DNA of 64,000 nucleotides from an uncultured Bacilli bacterium (GTDB lineage Bacteria > Bacillota_I > Bacilli_A > RF39 > UBA660). A model generated the notes under the pieces. That model did not search any database and was not told where the DNA came from. It saw nothing but the letters and a program-made list of their open reading frames with translations. Positions 63,777 through 64,000 of the stretch are shown here, one piece after another (positions within the stretch are counted from its first letter, which is position 1; each line of letters begins with the position of its first letter). A program made the position numbers and the translations under genes. The DNA lies in the NCBI GenBank assembly GCA_944363715.1, contig CALVUX010000002.1:22157-86156 (forward strand), read 5' to 3'.

Positions 63777-64000
63777 ATGAAAGAGAAGATAAAACCATTT
63801 TTGCCATATATAATTATTATTGCAGTTGTCTTATTTATAAAAGCTTTTATAGTAACACCTATTAAAGTAAATGGAGAGTCTATGTATCCAACATTAGAAG
63901 AAAGTGACATAATGATTTTAAATAAGACAGCTTATTACTTTAATAAACCTGAAAGATTTGATATAGTTGTTGTTAATATGCCTAATGAATATTTAATCAA
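63777..64000 (+). CDS. lepB: Signal peptidase I, N-terminal part (3' end outside window)
   Basis: MKEKIKPFLPYIIIIAVVLFIKAFIVTPIKVNGESMYPTLEESDIMILNK...RFDIVVV. Contains the SM(Y/E)PTL catalytic-Ser box. The ORF runs off the window. Confidence 0.8.
   Translation, partial: MKEKIKPFLPYIIIIAVVLFIKAFIVTPIKVNGESMYPTLEESDIMILNKTAYYFNKPERFDIVVVNMPNEYLI

Noticed and set aside
1-64000. CRISPR arrays, rRNA genes, prophage structural modules, integrases/recombinases.
   Set aside because: No regularly spaced direct repeats, no rRNA-like conserved stretches, and no capsid, terminase or integrase motifs were seen in any frame. The only tandem repeats are the coding CnaB units.

Overview
This is a very AT-rich, low-GC Firmicutes-type chromosomal segment with T-box leaders, CIRCE-like operators, a sortase and AGGAGG ribosome-binding sites. 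It uses the standard genetic code: TGA ends at least two genes and is absent from all long ORFs. About 55 of the ~60 genes are on the + strand.

**1-32.7 kb, mostly housekeeping and transport**
- Two ABC systems and a fused MacB-like ABC transporter.
- murC and a candidate 6S RNA.
- A TetR regulator with a heterodimeric ABC exporter.
- htpG and hsp20.
- Two different valyl-tRNA synthetases in tandem, each behind its own Val (GUA) T-box.

**32.9-45.4 kb, accessory island after tRNA-His(GUG)**
- No integrase is present.
- The island is bounded on the right by a degenerate copy of the tRNA 3' end.
- It carries conflict/defence-type genes:
  - a PD-(D/E)XK fusion protein;
  - a macro domain gene;
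  - Fic, plus a ghost fic copy;
  - MazG with a DUF2075 nuclease-helicase;
  - DUF2188.
- The strongest candidate system is a tightly coupled three-gene cassette at 40548-45326. It encodes an AAA ATPase with a C-terminal HTH, an S8 subtilase, and an AlbA_2/Schlafen-like protein. This looks like an IetAS-type ATPase-protease pair extended by an uncharacterised third gene.

**45.7-64 kb**
- A truncated Toprim/DUF2399 fragment coupled to a SWIM protein.
- A short MetK.
- A class B sortase beside a 1601-aa vWA/CnaB adhesin.
- A SWIM-SNF2 helicase, deoD, an M16 peptidase pair, rplS and the start of lepB.

**Gene lesions**
- In-frame stops in the GT2 and macro genes.
- A-run frameshifts in two genes.
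- A decayed ISAs1 transposase.
- These indicate either ongoing gene decay or homopolymer sequencing errors.

All calls rest on reading the sequence and translations. No database search was run.
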